Shown: positions 40,142 to 49,637 of the stretch, piece after piece
Position numbering within the stretch: the stretch's first letter is position 1
Layout of the letters: each line of letters begins with the position of its first letter
DNA from: Candidatus Dormiibacterota bacterium
Lineage (GTDB): Bacteria; Chloroflexota; Dormibacteria; Aeolococcales; Aeolococcaceae
Assembly (NCBI GenBank): GCA_963718525.1
Contig: OY970355.1
Coordinates: forward strand, 1,504,001 to 1,568,000
DNA length: 64,000 nucleotides
Reading direction: 5' to 3'
The notes under the pieces: model-generated
Told to the model about the DNA's origin: nothing
The model's input: only the letters and a program-made list of their open reading frames with translations
The model's database searches: none
Translations under genes and position numbers: made by a program

Positions 40142-41288
40142 CCCGCCGCGGGAGCTGAGCCAGCAGCTTGCCGAGGGCGTCGAGCGCATCGACGCTGTGG
40201 GCACTCAGGAAGTCATCGCAGTGCGGCAGCGCTGCGGCCATGCCACGAGTTTCGGGTTGATAGGCCGCACTGCCGAGCAGCGGGTTCAACCAGATCAGCC
40301 GATGGCAGCTGCGGCGCAGCCGGGCCATCTCACGGCCGAGCTGATCAGGGTCGCCCCGGTCCCAGCCGTCGCTGATGATCAGCACGACGGCGCCATGACC
40401 GAGCACCCGGCGCGCGTGGTCACGCTGGAACGTGTGCAGTGCCTCGGCGATGCGCGTCCCGCCGCCGATGTCGTGCACCTGGCTCGCCACGTGGTCGAGC
40501 GCCGAGTCGATATCGCTGTGGCGGAGCAGATGCGTGATTCTGGTCAGATGTGTCGAAAACGCAAAGGTCTCGACGCGTTCCTTCCTGCCGATCACCTGCG
40601 CGAACACGAGCAGATGGCGCGAGTATCGGTCCATGGAACCGCTGACATCACAGAGGATGACGATCGGCCGGCGCTTGGTTTGAGCGCTCGCGCGAGCCAG
40701 TCGCGGCGCGTCACCAGCCTGACGCGCCGCGGCGCGCATCGTGCGCCGCAATTCCACGGTGCCGCGGCGGTCGGCGCGCAGGCGCCGCGTCCGTCGCTCG
40801 GCCACCCGCCACGGAGACTGGCGAAGCAGGCGGCGGACCGAAGCGAGCTCGTCCCAGCTCATCTCACGGAAGTCGCGCTGGCGGAGCAGCTCGTCGGCAC
40901 TGTAGCCCGTGCTCGATGCCGGCGGCCCCTCGACCTCACGTGCGATGCCGGACGATGACAGTCCGAGCGCGTTCATCCATGCAAAGGCCTTTGTTGGATC
41001 GAGCGCGAGGGGACGGCTGCGTCCGGGGATGGAACCTGCCCTGCCTTCGCCACCCGGCCTCGAGAAGAAGAGATCGAATGCCGCGTCGAACACCGGACCC
41101 TCCTCTCGCCGGCTGACGAATACCGCACGGAGCGCGTAGCGCACCTCATCGGGTCGCTCCAGGTCGATCGCGAGCAGGGCCTGGCAGGCGTCGCGGACGC
41201 GTTCGGGGCCTGTGGTGAGACCCGCATCGCGAAGCAGCCGCGCGAACAGCGTCACGCTCTCGACGGGATCCGCAGCGCTGCCGATCAC
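40077..41288 (-). CDS. coxE: CoxE VWA domain protein
   Basis: CDVSGSM..YSR, GGTRI, ISDGWDRG, WLNPL. Confidence 0.92.
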   Translation of the reverse strand: MIGSAADPVESVTLFARLLRDAGLTTGPERVRDACQALLAIDLERPDEVRYALRAVFVSRREEGPVFDAAFDLFFSRPGGEGRAGSIPGRSRPLALDPTKAFAWMNALGLSSSGIAREVEGPPASSTGYSADELLRQRDFREMSWDELASVRRLLRQSPWRVAERRTRRLRADRRGTVELRRTMRAAARQAGDAPRLARASAQTKRRPIVILCDVSGSMDRYSRHLLVFAQVIGRKERVETFAFSTHLTRITHLLRHSDIDSALDHVASQVHDIGGGTRIAEALHTFQRDHARRVLGHGAVVLIISDGWDRGDPDQLGREMARLRRSCHRLIWLNPLLGSAAYQPETRGMAAALPHCDDFLSAHSVDALDALGKLLAQLPRRVSRSSRGAAAASAGDGAAAAG

Positions 41289-42181
41289 CTTCCGGCGTGC
41301 TCTGCGATCGCCTCCTCGCTCCGCTCGAGGTCCTCCTGGTGCTTGATCGCCGCACCCATGGTCTCGCGGAGCGCCGCAGGCGTCGCGTCGGTGTGACCAA
41401 GCGCGGCGAGCGCGCGCGCCCAGTCCACTGTTTCCGCCACCCCTGGCACTTTGTAGAGGTCGAGTCCACGCAGCCGCTGGGTCACCTCTGCGACCTGGCG
41501 CCCGAGCCGCTCCGAAACCTCCGGGGCGCGCACGCGCACGATGGCCACCTCACGCTCGAGGTCCGGGTAGTCGATCCAGTGGTACAGGCACCGGCGCTTG
41601 AGCGCGTCGTGGACTTCGCGGGTCCGGTTTCCTGTGAGGATGACCAGCGGTGGATGCTCGGCGCGGATGGTTCCCAGCTCCGGAATGCTGATCGCATAGT
41701 CGGCAAGGATCTCGAGCAGGAACGCCTCGAACTCCTCATCCGATCTGTCGATCTCGTCGATGAGGAGCACCGGCGGTATCGCGTCGTGGTTGTCGATGGC
41801 GTCGAGGAGGGGGCGTCGCAGGAGGAACTCCGGTCCGAACACGTCCTGCTCGGTGCGCACGCGATCCTCGCGCTCACCGACCAGCCGGATGTGCAGCAGC
41901 TGACGGGCGTAGTTCCACTCGTACGCGGCATGGGCGAGGTCGATGCCCTCGTAGCACTGCAGCCGGATCAGCCGCGCGCCGAGCCCAGCGGCCAGCGCTC
42001 GTGCCGCCTCGGTCTTGCCGACACCAGCCTCGCCCTCCAGGAAGAGCGGCTTGTTGATGCGCATCGCGACGAGGATCGCCGTCGCGAGGCGGCGGTCACA
42101 CAGGTAGTCGTTCGCGGCGAGCAGATCGACAACCTCGTCGACCGAGGCGGGATGCGCGGCATCGACCGGGGCATTCGTCAC
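41285..42181 (-). CDS. coxD: CoxD MoxR AAA+ ATPase
   Basis: LEGEAGVGKT, RLQCYEG, LLIDEIDR, DALKRRC. Confidence 0.92.
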   Translation of the reverse strand: MTNAPVDAAHPASVDEVVDLLAANDYLCDRRLATAILVAMRINKPLFLEGEAGVGKTEAARALAAGLGARLIRLQCYEGIDLAHAAYEWNYARQLLHIRLVGEREDRVRTEQDVFGPEFLLRRPLLDAIDNHDAIPPVLLIDEIDRSDEEFEAFLLEILADYAISIPELGTIRAEHPPLVILTGNRTREVHDALKRRCLYHWIDYPDLEREVAIVRVRAPEVSERLGRQVAEVTQRLRGLDLYKVPGVAETVDWARALAALGHTDATPAALRETMGAAIKHQEDLERSEEAIAEHAGR

Positions 42182-42234
42182 ACGCCTCAGGGTGACGAGT
42201 CCGCGCCGGCGCGGTCAAGGCGCGGGACGCTCGC

Positions 42235-43287
42235 TCAGACTGGGTACACGTCGATCTCGGTCGCCTTGACCACCGCGAAGACCTCACCGCCGTCGGCAAG
42301 ACGGAGCTCCGAAGCGGCTGCCGGCGTGACCTCCGCCACAAGCGGAAATGCGCCGTCGAGGCGGATCCGCCAGCGGTCGCCCTCCGGATCGACGCCGGCC
42401 ACGGTGCACCGCAGCACGTTCCGGGGACTCCCGCCGGGGGCCTGACGGTAGAGGGCGATCGCCCGCGGTTGGATGGTCGCGAGCGCGGGACCTTCCACGT
42501 TGGTTGCCGCCGTCAGCCAGGACCCGTCCCCGAGCAGCATCGCCCCGCTCGAAACCCTCCCGCGGAGGAGGTTCAACCCCGCCATCCGCGCGATCCACGC
42601 GGACCGGGGCCGGGCGGATACGTCGCTGAAGGGTCCTTCCTGGGTGACCCGACCGTCCTCGAGGACCACGACTCGCTCGGCGAGTGATGCGGCTTCCAGC
42701 GGGTCGTGGGTCACGATCAGGCGCACGCCGCTGAACGTGGCGAGGTGCTCGCGCAGCGCCCGTCGTAACTCCAGGCGCCCCGAAGCATCAACGGCTGCAA
42801 GCGGCTCGTCGAGCAGGAGGACGCGCGGGTCGGTGACCAGCACTCGAGCGAGCGCCGCCCGCTGCGATTGACCGCCGCTGAGGGCGCTGGGCCGCGACGC
42901 AGCGTATCTCGCGAGGTCCACCCGATCGAGCCACTCAGCCGCTCGCTCGTGTGCGGACTTGGCGTCGACCCCGCGTGCGCGCAGTCCGAACGCGACGTTG
43001 TCGAGCACGCTGAGGTGCGGAAACAGTCCGTGGTCCTGGAACACGAATCCGACCCGTCGACCCTCGGGCGTCAACCAGGTGCCTGTCGCCGTCTCCTCGA
43101 ACACGACGCCGTCCACCTCCACCCGTCCATCATCGACAGGCTGCAGGCCCGCGATGACGCGCAGCAGCGTCGTCTTGCCGGCACCGTTCGGGCCGAGCAC
43201 CGCGACCGTGACACCGGACGCCACCGACAGATCGCACTCGAGACGGAGGCTCCCGAGCTGCGTGCGGACCCGGGCGTGGAGCGTCAC
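42235..43287 (-). CDS. modC: Molybdate ABC ATPase with TOBE domain
   Basis: GPNGAGKT, LSGGQ, LLDEP, VKATEI. Confidence 0.9.
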   Translation of the reverse strand: MTLHARVRTQLGSLRLECDLSVASGVTVAVLGPNGAGKTTLLRVIAGLQPVDDGRVEVDGVVFEETATGTWLTPEGRRVGFVFQDHGLFPHLSVLDNVAFGLRARGVDAKSAHERAAEWLDRVDLARYAASRPSALSGGQSQRAALARVLVTDPRVLLLDEPLAAVDASGRLELRRALREHLATFSGVRLIVTHDPLEAASLAERVVVLEDGRVTQEGPFSDVSARPRSAWIARMAGLNLLRGRVSSGAMLLGDGSWLTAATNVEGPALATIQPRAIALYRQAPGGSPRNVLRCTVAGVDPEGDRWRIRLDGAFPLVAEVTPAAASELRLADGGEVFAVVKATEIDVYPV

Positions 43288-44084
43288 CGCAGCGCACCCA
43301 GCCAGCGGTCCCGCAGGACGACGAGCACGAGGACCGAGATCGCGAGCAGCAGCAGGGAAAGCGTGATCGCCATGCCGATCTGCCCCGAGCCCTCGAACGA
43401 GCTGTACGCGGCGATAGGAAGGGTCTCGGTGGTGCCAGGGAAGCTGCCCGCGAAAGTGATCGTGGCACCAAACTCGCCGAGCGCTCGCGCCCAGCAGAGC
43501 GCGGCGCCGGCGGCGATCGATGGCGCTGCGAGCGGCAATGTCACGTGCCAGAAGCGTCGCCACGGACGCGCACCGAGGGTCGCGGCGACCTCCTCGAAGC
43601 GGTCGTCGCGCTGCCGGAGTCCGGCTTCGACGGTGATCACGAGAAATGGGAAGCCTACGAACGCCTCGGCGATGGCGGCCCCCGCGGTGCTGAACGGCAG
43701 CACGATGCCGAAATGATCGAGCAGCATCCCGATCGGGGTGGTCCGGCCGAGGGCGGTCTGGAGCGCGATCCCGCCGACCACCGGCGGGAGCACCAGTGGC
43801 AGGGTCACCAGTCCGCGGACGACGCGGCGTCCCGGGAGCGACGTGCGCGCCAGCAGGTAGGCCAGCGGAACGCCGATCAGCAGCGCTATCACCACCGCGA
43901 TCACCGAGCATTCGAGGGACAGACGCAGTGCGGTGAGCACGTCTGTCGACACCAGCTGCGACGGGAGGTTGCGCCAGTCCACGTGGACGAGCAGACCGAT
44001 CAGCGGTAGCGCGATGAACAGGACCGCGACCGCGGCCGGGATGAGGAGACCGAGGAGTGGACGTCGGCTGACGCCCCGGTTCAC
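43284..44084 (-). CDS. modB: Molybdate ABC permease
   Basis: LPLVLPPVVGG, ARALGEFGAT. Confidence 0.93.
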   Translation of the reverse strand: MNRGVSRRPLLGLLIPAAVAVLFIALPLIGLLVHVDWRNLPSQLVSTDVLTALRLSLECSVIAVVIALLIGVPLAYLLARTSLPGRRVVRGLVTLPLVLPPVVGGIALQTALGRTTPIGMLLDHFGIVLPFSTAGAAIAEAFVGFPFLVITVEAGLRQRDDRFEEVAATLGARPWRRFWHVTLPLAAPSIAAGAALCWARALGEFGATITFAGSFPGTTETLPIAAYSSFEGSGQIGMAITLSLLLLAISVLVLVVLRDRWLGALR

Positions 44085-44863
44085 GACGCCTTCAGGAATC
44101 CGACGGACAGCAGCTCTGCCTGGACATCCCCGGAGACCGCCGAGGTGACGAACGCCTGGGCAGCGGTCATGTTGGTGCTCGACTTCAGCACGGCGATCTC
44201 ATAGGTGCCGATCACATTCTGGGCGTCCGGTATGGCGATCCCGGTCACCTTGCCACCCGCGCTGAAGACGTCGGTCACGAAGACCAGCGCCGCGTCCGCA
44301 TTCCCGGATTCGACCTGCTCGACCACCAGCGCGTCGTCGGACTCGAGCGAGTTCGGCGTGACCTTGACGTTCGCAGCCTTGAGCGCCTTGGCCGCATAGT
44401 CGCCGACGGGGACGCCTGCCATCGCGAGCACGACCGACAGGCCCGGTGTGGCGAGATCGGCGAGTGTTTTGATGTTCTTCGGGTTTCCTGGCGCGACGAT
44501 GATCTCGAGCTTGTTCTTGACTAGGGCCTGCGGGGTATCGACAAGTCCCTTGGCCACAAGTTGCTGCATCGTCGAGGTGTTCGCCGTTGCGATGACGTCA
44601 GCCGGCGCGCCGTTGATGATCTGTGTCACCAGTGCCTGCGAGCTCCCATATGAGTACTGAGCTGTGAAGCCGGGGTGATCAAGCTCGAGGCCTTTTTCGG
44701 CGTCGTTGAACGGGCTCGTCAGGGAGGATGCGGCGAACACGGTGATCGCCCCGGAGAAGGGATCGGCCGGCGCGGAGGATCCGGTGGCCGAGGTCGATCC
44801 GCATGCCGCGAGCACCATCGCGCCTGGTGCGAACAGCAGGAGGGGCCGGATGCATGGCTTCAT
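44081..44863 (-). CDS. modA: Molybdate-binding lipoprotein
   Basis: LAACG lipobox, VFAASSL, GAPADV, VPVG.YA. Confidence 0.93.
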   Translation of the reverse strand: MKPCIRPLLLFAPGAMVLAACGSTSATGSSAPADPFSGAITVFAASSLTSPFNDAEKGLELDHPGFTAQYSYGSSQALVTQIINGAPADVIATANTSTMQQLVAKGLVDTPQALVKNKLEIIVAPGNPKNIKTLADLATPGLSVVLAMAGVPVGDYAAKALKAANVKVTPNSLESDDALVVEQVESGNADAALVFVTDVFSAGGKVTGIAIPDAQNVIGTYEIAVLKSSTNMTAAQAFVTSAVSGDVQAELLSVGFLKAS

Positions 44864-45279
44864 GGTTTCCTCGGCTGCGAGTCCGCCGCCGGAGGCATCT
44901 CGATGACGACATTGGTGGCTTTCACGGACGCGACCGCGAGCATGCCAGGCTCGAGACCAAGCTCCCGAACCGCCTCGCTGCTGATCAATGAGCTGATCCG
45001 GAAGGGACCGGCCTGGAGCTTGACATGCGCCATCACGCCGTCCGTGGCGACGTCGGTCACCAGCCCGAGGAAGTGATTGCGCGCTGACTCGGTGGCGGGC
45101 ACGGTCGGGTGGTTGCTCGCGACCTCGACGGCGAACCTGGCCAGTGCGACACCGTCGACCAGCCGGTGGCCACCCTCGGTGCGGACCGTATCGATGCGTC
45201 CAGCGTCGGCCCAGCGCCGCACCGTGTCGACGCTGACGCCGAGGAGCTCCGCGGCCTGGCCCATCTTGTATGTCGGCAT
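44860..45279 (-). CDS. HTH-TOBE molybdate regulator (ModE-like)
   Basis: AAELLGVSVDTVRRW; SARN...VKATNV. Confidence 0.88.
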   Translation of the reverse strand: MPTYKMGQAAELLGVSVDTVRRWADAGRIDTVRTEGGHRLVDGVALARFAVEVASNHPTVPATESARNHFLGLVTDVATDGVMAHVKLQAGPFRISSLISSEAVRELGLEPGMLAVASVKATNVVIEMPPAADSQPRKP

Positions 45280-45349
45280 GGGCCGCGACCTTAGCGCAAA
45301 AGCGGTCTTCTTCTCAACTGCGCCTTGCTGCTGCGGCTTGTCTCAGGGA

Positions 45350-46006
45350 CTATTCGTGCGCGACCACGGTGACCGCGTGCACCACATCGCTGACAAAGAG
45401 CGGAGCGGGGTAGATCACCCGGACGTACCCCTGTGGGTCGATGACAGCGAGAAAATTGGTGTGCGGAGCTTCGATCGGCTCACCCCACTTCAACCAGGTG
45501 ATCTTCAGTTCGGCGTCGGGTCCGAGGAGCCAGCGCCATCCGGGATCCCACTTGGTTGTGAGATTCGTGCGGATGAACTGCGCCACGTTCGCGGGGGTGC
45601 GGTCGGCGACGACGCTCACGATGAGCAGAACCGGATTGATCCCCTTGGGCAGTGCCTGCTCGACGGCGACGATGTCACGACCGAGGAGCGGGCAGAGGTT
45701 GACACACAGTGGGTCCATGAATGCGACGAGCACGACATGGCCCTTCTCGTCTGCGAGCGAGACTGACTGGCCATTCTGGTCGACGAGCCCGGTCAGCGGA
45801 GGTGTCGGCTGGCGTGTGAGTGGTGAGCCGATGATGTTCGCGGAGGGCGTGATCTCCAATGGGGCACTTGTCGTTCTGACGCTCGGGTGCACCGTCATGG
45901 ACATCAATGCCCCGATGCCAAGCCCACCCGCAAGTGCGACCGCAACGATCAGCGCCTGCCCACGCTTGGAACGAGTCAGGCCTCCGAGGCGCTCCGAGGG
46001 CTTCAT
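45350..46006 (-). CDS. SCO family copper chaperone
   Basis: N-terminal TM, LVDQNG, CVNLCP (CxxxC), distal His (PHT), IDPQG. Confidence 0.85.
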   Translation of the reverse strand: MKPSERLGGLTRSKRGQALIVAVALAGGLGIGALMSMTVHPSVRTTSAPLEITPSANIIGSPLTRQPTPPLTGLVDQNGQSVSLADEKGHVVLVAFMDPLCVNLCPLLGRDIVAVEQALPKGINPVLLIVSVVADRTPANVAQFIRTNLTTKWDPGWRWLLGPDAELKITWLKWGEPIEAPHTNFLAVIDPQGYVRVIYPAPLFVSDVVHAVTVVAHE

Positions 46007-46150
46007 CCACAATCCTCGCACTCGGCAACGGCTGATAAGTGGTCGCCTCCGCACCTCCCGGCGGCGTCCCGCTTGCGAGCGAGGCGCCAATTATGGCTCG
46101 CTTGAACCCGCTCCGGTGACGCCCCCGATGCGCGAGCGTATGCTCCGCGC

Positions 46151-46858
46151 GTGATCCCCAAGCGGCAGGCGAGGATTGCTGCGCCAGGCGTCGTTCTCCT
46201 GGCGCTGGTTGGGCTGTTCATCGGCCACACCCTCGAGTACCTCCGCGTCTGGGGAGCCGAAGGGATCGTCGCGTCGATGACCAACCCCGTCCACGCGTAC
46301 ATGCTCCCGGTGGCGGGGGTCCTGTTGGGCCTCAGCGCCGTGTTCGCGTTCCGTTTGGCGCGCGCGTGGCAGAAGCTCAACGACCGGCTCGATCGAGCCG
46401 CGGCCGGTGTCCGGCGGATCTGGCGCGGGCGAGCCGACGAGGCGCCCAGTTCGCCAACTTCCCGATCGACCCCGGGGACCCGTCTGGTGGCCCTGTGGCT
46501 ACCGCTCGCCGCGGCTCAGATTGCCCTGTATCTCGTGCAGGAGAACCTCGAGGCGGCGGCGCGCTCGCAGCCCGCGCCCGGGTGGGGTGCGATCACCGGG
46601 GTGCATTGGGCGGCCCCGCTTATCCACCTCTACGTGGCCCTCCTGCTCGCCTGCATCGTCCGCATTTGCGAGATTTTGTTCCGCAGGCGGGAGGTCGCGG
46701 TCGAGCGGGTCGAGGCCATGCTCCGGGCTGCGATCAGCCGGAGGCGGCACACGGTCGCCGGCGTTGGGACGCCCGTCCACCCTCAGTGCGCATCACCACT
46801 TGATCAGCTTGGCAGGCACCTCTGGAGGAGGCCACCCCCGCAGCTCCTCGAAGTCTGA
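46151..46858 (+). CDS. His-containing multi-pass membrane leader protein ending in RRPPP
   Basis: GH.LEY, HAY, QENLE segments in or near TM helices; C-terminal LWRRPPP; TATGCT -10 box 6 nt before GTG. Confidence 0.75.
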   Translation: MIPKRQARIAAPGVVLLALVGLFIGHTLEYLRVWGAEGIVASMTNPVHAYMLPVAGVLLGLSAVFAFRLARAWQKLNDRLDRAAAGVRRIWRGRADEAPSSPTSRSTPGTRLVALWLPLAAAQIALYLVQENLEAAARSQPAPGWGAITGVHWAAPLIHLYVALLLACIVRICEILFRRREVAVERVEAMLRAAISRRRHTVAGVGTPVHPQCASPLDQLGRHLWRRPPPQLLEV

Positions 46859-46910
46859 CCGACCGTCCGTGAGCTTCGGCTCACCAACGATCCGTTCACA
46901 CCTTGAGGAG
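46844..46910 (+). promoter_or_regulatory. Stem-loop sequestering the downstream Shine-Dalgarno
   Basis: CTCCTCGAAGTCTGA (46844-46858) pairs 13/15 with TCACACCTTGAGGAG (46896-46910); apical GTGAGC-TTCG-GCTCAC hairpin. Confidence 0.7.
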
Positions 46911-46918
46911 ACATCAAG

Positions 46919-47647
46919 TTGTCCAGAACTCGCCTGCGTTTGTCCGCGGTTGCCGCAGCGGCGCTGCTCGCCCTGACCACGTCATTCGCTGTTGCGTCGG
47001 CGCATTTTGTGTTCACCGCCGGCAAGTATCGGATCGCCATCGGCTGGCAGTTCGAGCCTGCGGGTGGCACCGATACGTATGTCGGCGCCCCCAATGCGAT
47101 CCAGGTGTTCATCGACGTTCCGTCGGCATCGAACCCGATCGGGACCCCCGTCAGCACGCTCAACCAGGACTGCACGCATCCGGATTTTCAGGTCACCGTG
47201 ACCGTCGGGAGCACGACAAGCAGTCCATTCTGCCCGGTGCCCCTGTACGACGCCGATACCGGTAACGGCAGGCGTGACGAATACGACTATGCGCTCATCC
47301 CCACAGTGGTCGGAACCTACACCTTTCGCCTCTTCGGCACCATCAACGGCGTTCCGGTCAACCAGACGGTCGCGTCGGGCCCGACGACTTTCGACTCCAT
47401 CGCGGATTCGAGCGCCGTTCAGTTCCCGGTGGTCATACCGGCAGCGGCTGCCGTGGCAACCAAGGTCGACACCGTGAGTCAACGCGCCGCAAGCGCGCTG
47501 TCGAGCGCACAGTCCGCATCAACAACAGCCAGTGACGCGAAGACGAGCGCCTCCGGTGCAACCACACTCGCGATCATCGCGATCGTTGTGGCGGTGCTGC
47601 TCAGCGCACTCAACCTGGTGATCGGGTTGCGCCGCCGGAGCACGTAG
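46919..47647 (+). CDS. Exported protein with predicted N-terminal His and C-terminal TM (putative Cu-handling)
   Basis: Signal peptide ASA|H, IGWQFEP motif, C-terminal anchor; GAGGAG RBS, TTG start. Confidence 0.7.
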   Translation: MSRTRLRLSAVAAAALLALTTSFAVASAHFVFTAGKYRIAIGWQFEPAGGTDTYVGAPNAIQVFIDVPSASNPIGTPVSTLNQDCTHPDFQVTVTVGSTTSSPFCPVPLYDADTGNGRRDEYDYALIPTVVGTYTFRLFGTINGVPVNQTVASGPTTFDSIADSSAVQFPVVIPAAAAVATKVDTVSQRAASALSSAQSASTTASDAKTSASGATTLAIIAIVVAVLLSALNLVIGLRRRST

Positions 47648-47648
47648 C

Positions 47649-49631
47649 ATGCGGATGCGGCGGTCGCTGATCGTCGGTGCAACTCTTGCGGCGGGGGCAG
47701 CCATCTGGCTGCCCCTGACCGCGGCCGCCCATGCGCTGCCGCAGAGTGCCATACCTCCCGAGGGAGCGGAGGTGCAAATCGCACCGAAGCTTGTGGAGAT
47801 CACCTTTGGTGAGACGCCCGACCCGAAGCTGTCGACAATCACCGTGATCAACAGCGCTGGGTTGAGCGTCGACGCCGGACCGACCGTCGTCGTGCCGGGC
47901 CATCCACTCGAGCTCGAGGTGCCCCTGCAGCACATCGGCAACGGCGTGTACACGGTGACATGGAAGACCGTCTCCGAGGTCGATGGTCATCTCGCGACCG
48001 GCGCGTACGCCTTCGGGGTCGGGGAGTCAGCCGCGAGTGCCAACGCGCACGCGAGCAGGTCAGTGGTGTCACCGCCGCCGTCGGTCCTTGCGGTGGTGGG
48101 GCGCTGGCTGTTCTTCGTCGGCGTTATGGGCATGGTCGGAATCGTGTCGACGTGCCTGCTCGTGCTGGCGGCAGTTCCGGCCTCGAGCGGACGAATGCTG
48201 GCCGGAGCCTGGATCGCCGGCGCCGTCGGCGTTGCGGGCGTCGTCGAAGCACAGCGCGAAGCCGCGGGAGTTGCCTTCAGCTCGTTGCTTTCAACATCAC
48301 TCGGAACGACCGCCGTCGAGCGAATCGTGGCGATCGCGGCCACAGGACTGGCAGTGGTTGCCGCATCGGTAGGCCCCGCCGCCGGAAGGCGGATCGCGGT
48401 GGCGCTGGCCGGCGTCGGAGCGGTAGCGTCAATGTGGGTCGATGTCGCGGCGAGCCACGCCGGTGCTCAAGCGCCGGTCGCGCTCAATCTATTCGCGCAG
48501 TGGGCACACATCGTTGCGAGCGGCATCTGGATCGGCGGCTTGTTGGTTCTCATCGTGGCTGTCCGAGGGCAGCCGTCTGAGCTCAAAGGACGAGCCGTGC
48601 GCCGCTTCTCAACCATCGCGGGAATCGCCATCGTCCTGGTCGCGCTCACCGGGACGTTCCGAGCGGTGATCGAGATCGGATCGATCGGGCAGCTCTTCGC
48701 CACCGCCTTCGGGGTGCTCGTCATCGTCAAGGTGGCGCTGTTCCTGGTGCTCGCGGCTCTCGGCGCGATCAATCGCTACCGCAACGTGCCGCGCGCCGCC
48801 AGGGTGCTGCGAGGCCTGCGACGCGTCGGGTCCACCGAGGTCGTGATCGGCGCCGCCGTTGTGCTCGTCGCCGCAGCGCTCGTGAATGTTGCGCCGCCGG
48901 TTGCCTCCACGGCTGCGGCGCCAACGGCACGGTCGAGCCAGCTCGTCGTCACCGGCAGCGACTTTGCCACCACCGTGAAAGTCCGTCTCACCGTGTCACC
49001 GGGGACCGCCGGCTTCAACAACTTCGTCCTTCGCGTCACCGACTACGACACCGGCGCGACGGTAAACGCCGCTTCGGCGCAGCTCGAGTTCACGCAGCCG
49101 CTGCGACCGCAGCTCGGCCAGTCAACGCTGACGCTCAAGCGTCAGCCTGATGGAAGCTTTGCAGCGCGCGGCGGCAACCTCGCGATCGCCGGGATCTGGG
49201 AGGTCGCAGCGATCATCGAGAACGCAGCGAACTCCACCGAAGTCCATCTCCAGGTGACGACGATCACACCCGCACCGATCGTCACGGCGACCCGCTTCAG
49301 CGGATTGCCCACCCTGTATTCGATCCAGCTGCCGAACGGCGGGATTGCCCAGGTCTACATCGATCCCGACAAGGCGGGTGCCGACGAGTTTCATGTCACC
49401 TTCTTCACAAACTCCAACGAGACCAGCGAGATCCACATCGCATCGATCACTGTCGGCATCACCCCACCTGGAGGTACGCCCACCGTCCTGGTCACCCGCC
49501 GCCTGGATCCGATTGGCCATTTCGTCGCCGATGCCACAGTCCCAGCGGGCGCCACGCGCTACGACGTCATCGCCACGACGCAGACCGGCGTCCCCATCGC
49601 GACCTACGTGACGATCACGCCCGGGCCCTGA
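47649..49631 (+). CDS. CopC-CopD fusion copper uptake protein (YcnJ-like) with C-terminal Ig-like domains
   Basis: AAA|HA..., YTVTW.TVS.VDGH (CopC); SHA, H...W.GGL, RRFS (CopD). Confidence 0.9.
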   Translation: MRMRRSLIVGATLAAGAAIWLPLTAAAHALPQSAIPPEGAEVQIAPKLVEITFGETPDPKLSTITVINSAGLSVDAGPTVVVPGHPLELEVPLQHIGNGVYTVTWKTVSEVDGHLATGAYAFGVGESAASANAHASRSVVSPPPSVLAVVGRWLFFVGVMGMVGIVSTCLLVLAAVPASSGRMLAGAWIAGAVGVAGVVEAQREAAGVAFSSLLSTSLGTTAVERIVAIAATGLAVVAASVGPAAGRRIAVALAGVGAVASMWVDVAASHAGAQAPVALNLFAQWAHIVASGIWIGGLLVLIVAVRGQPSELKGRAVRRFSTIAGIAIVLVALTGTFRAVIEIGSIGQLFATAFGVLVIVKVALFLVLAALGAINRYRNVPRAARVLRGLRRVGSTEVVIGAAVVLVAAALVNVAPPVASTAAAPTARSSQLVVTGSDFATTVKVRLTVSPGTAGFNNFVLRVTDYDTGATVNAASAQLEFTQPLRPQLGQSTLTLKRQPDGSFAARGGNLAIAGIWEVAAIIENAANSTEVHLQVTTITPAPIVTATRFSGLPTLYSIQLPNGGIAQVYIDPDKAGADEFHVTFFTNSNETSEIHIASITVGITPPGGTPTVLVTRRLDPIGHFVADATVPAGATRYDVIATTQTGVPIATYVTITPGP

Positions 49632-49637
49632 GCCGCA

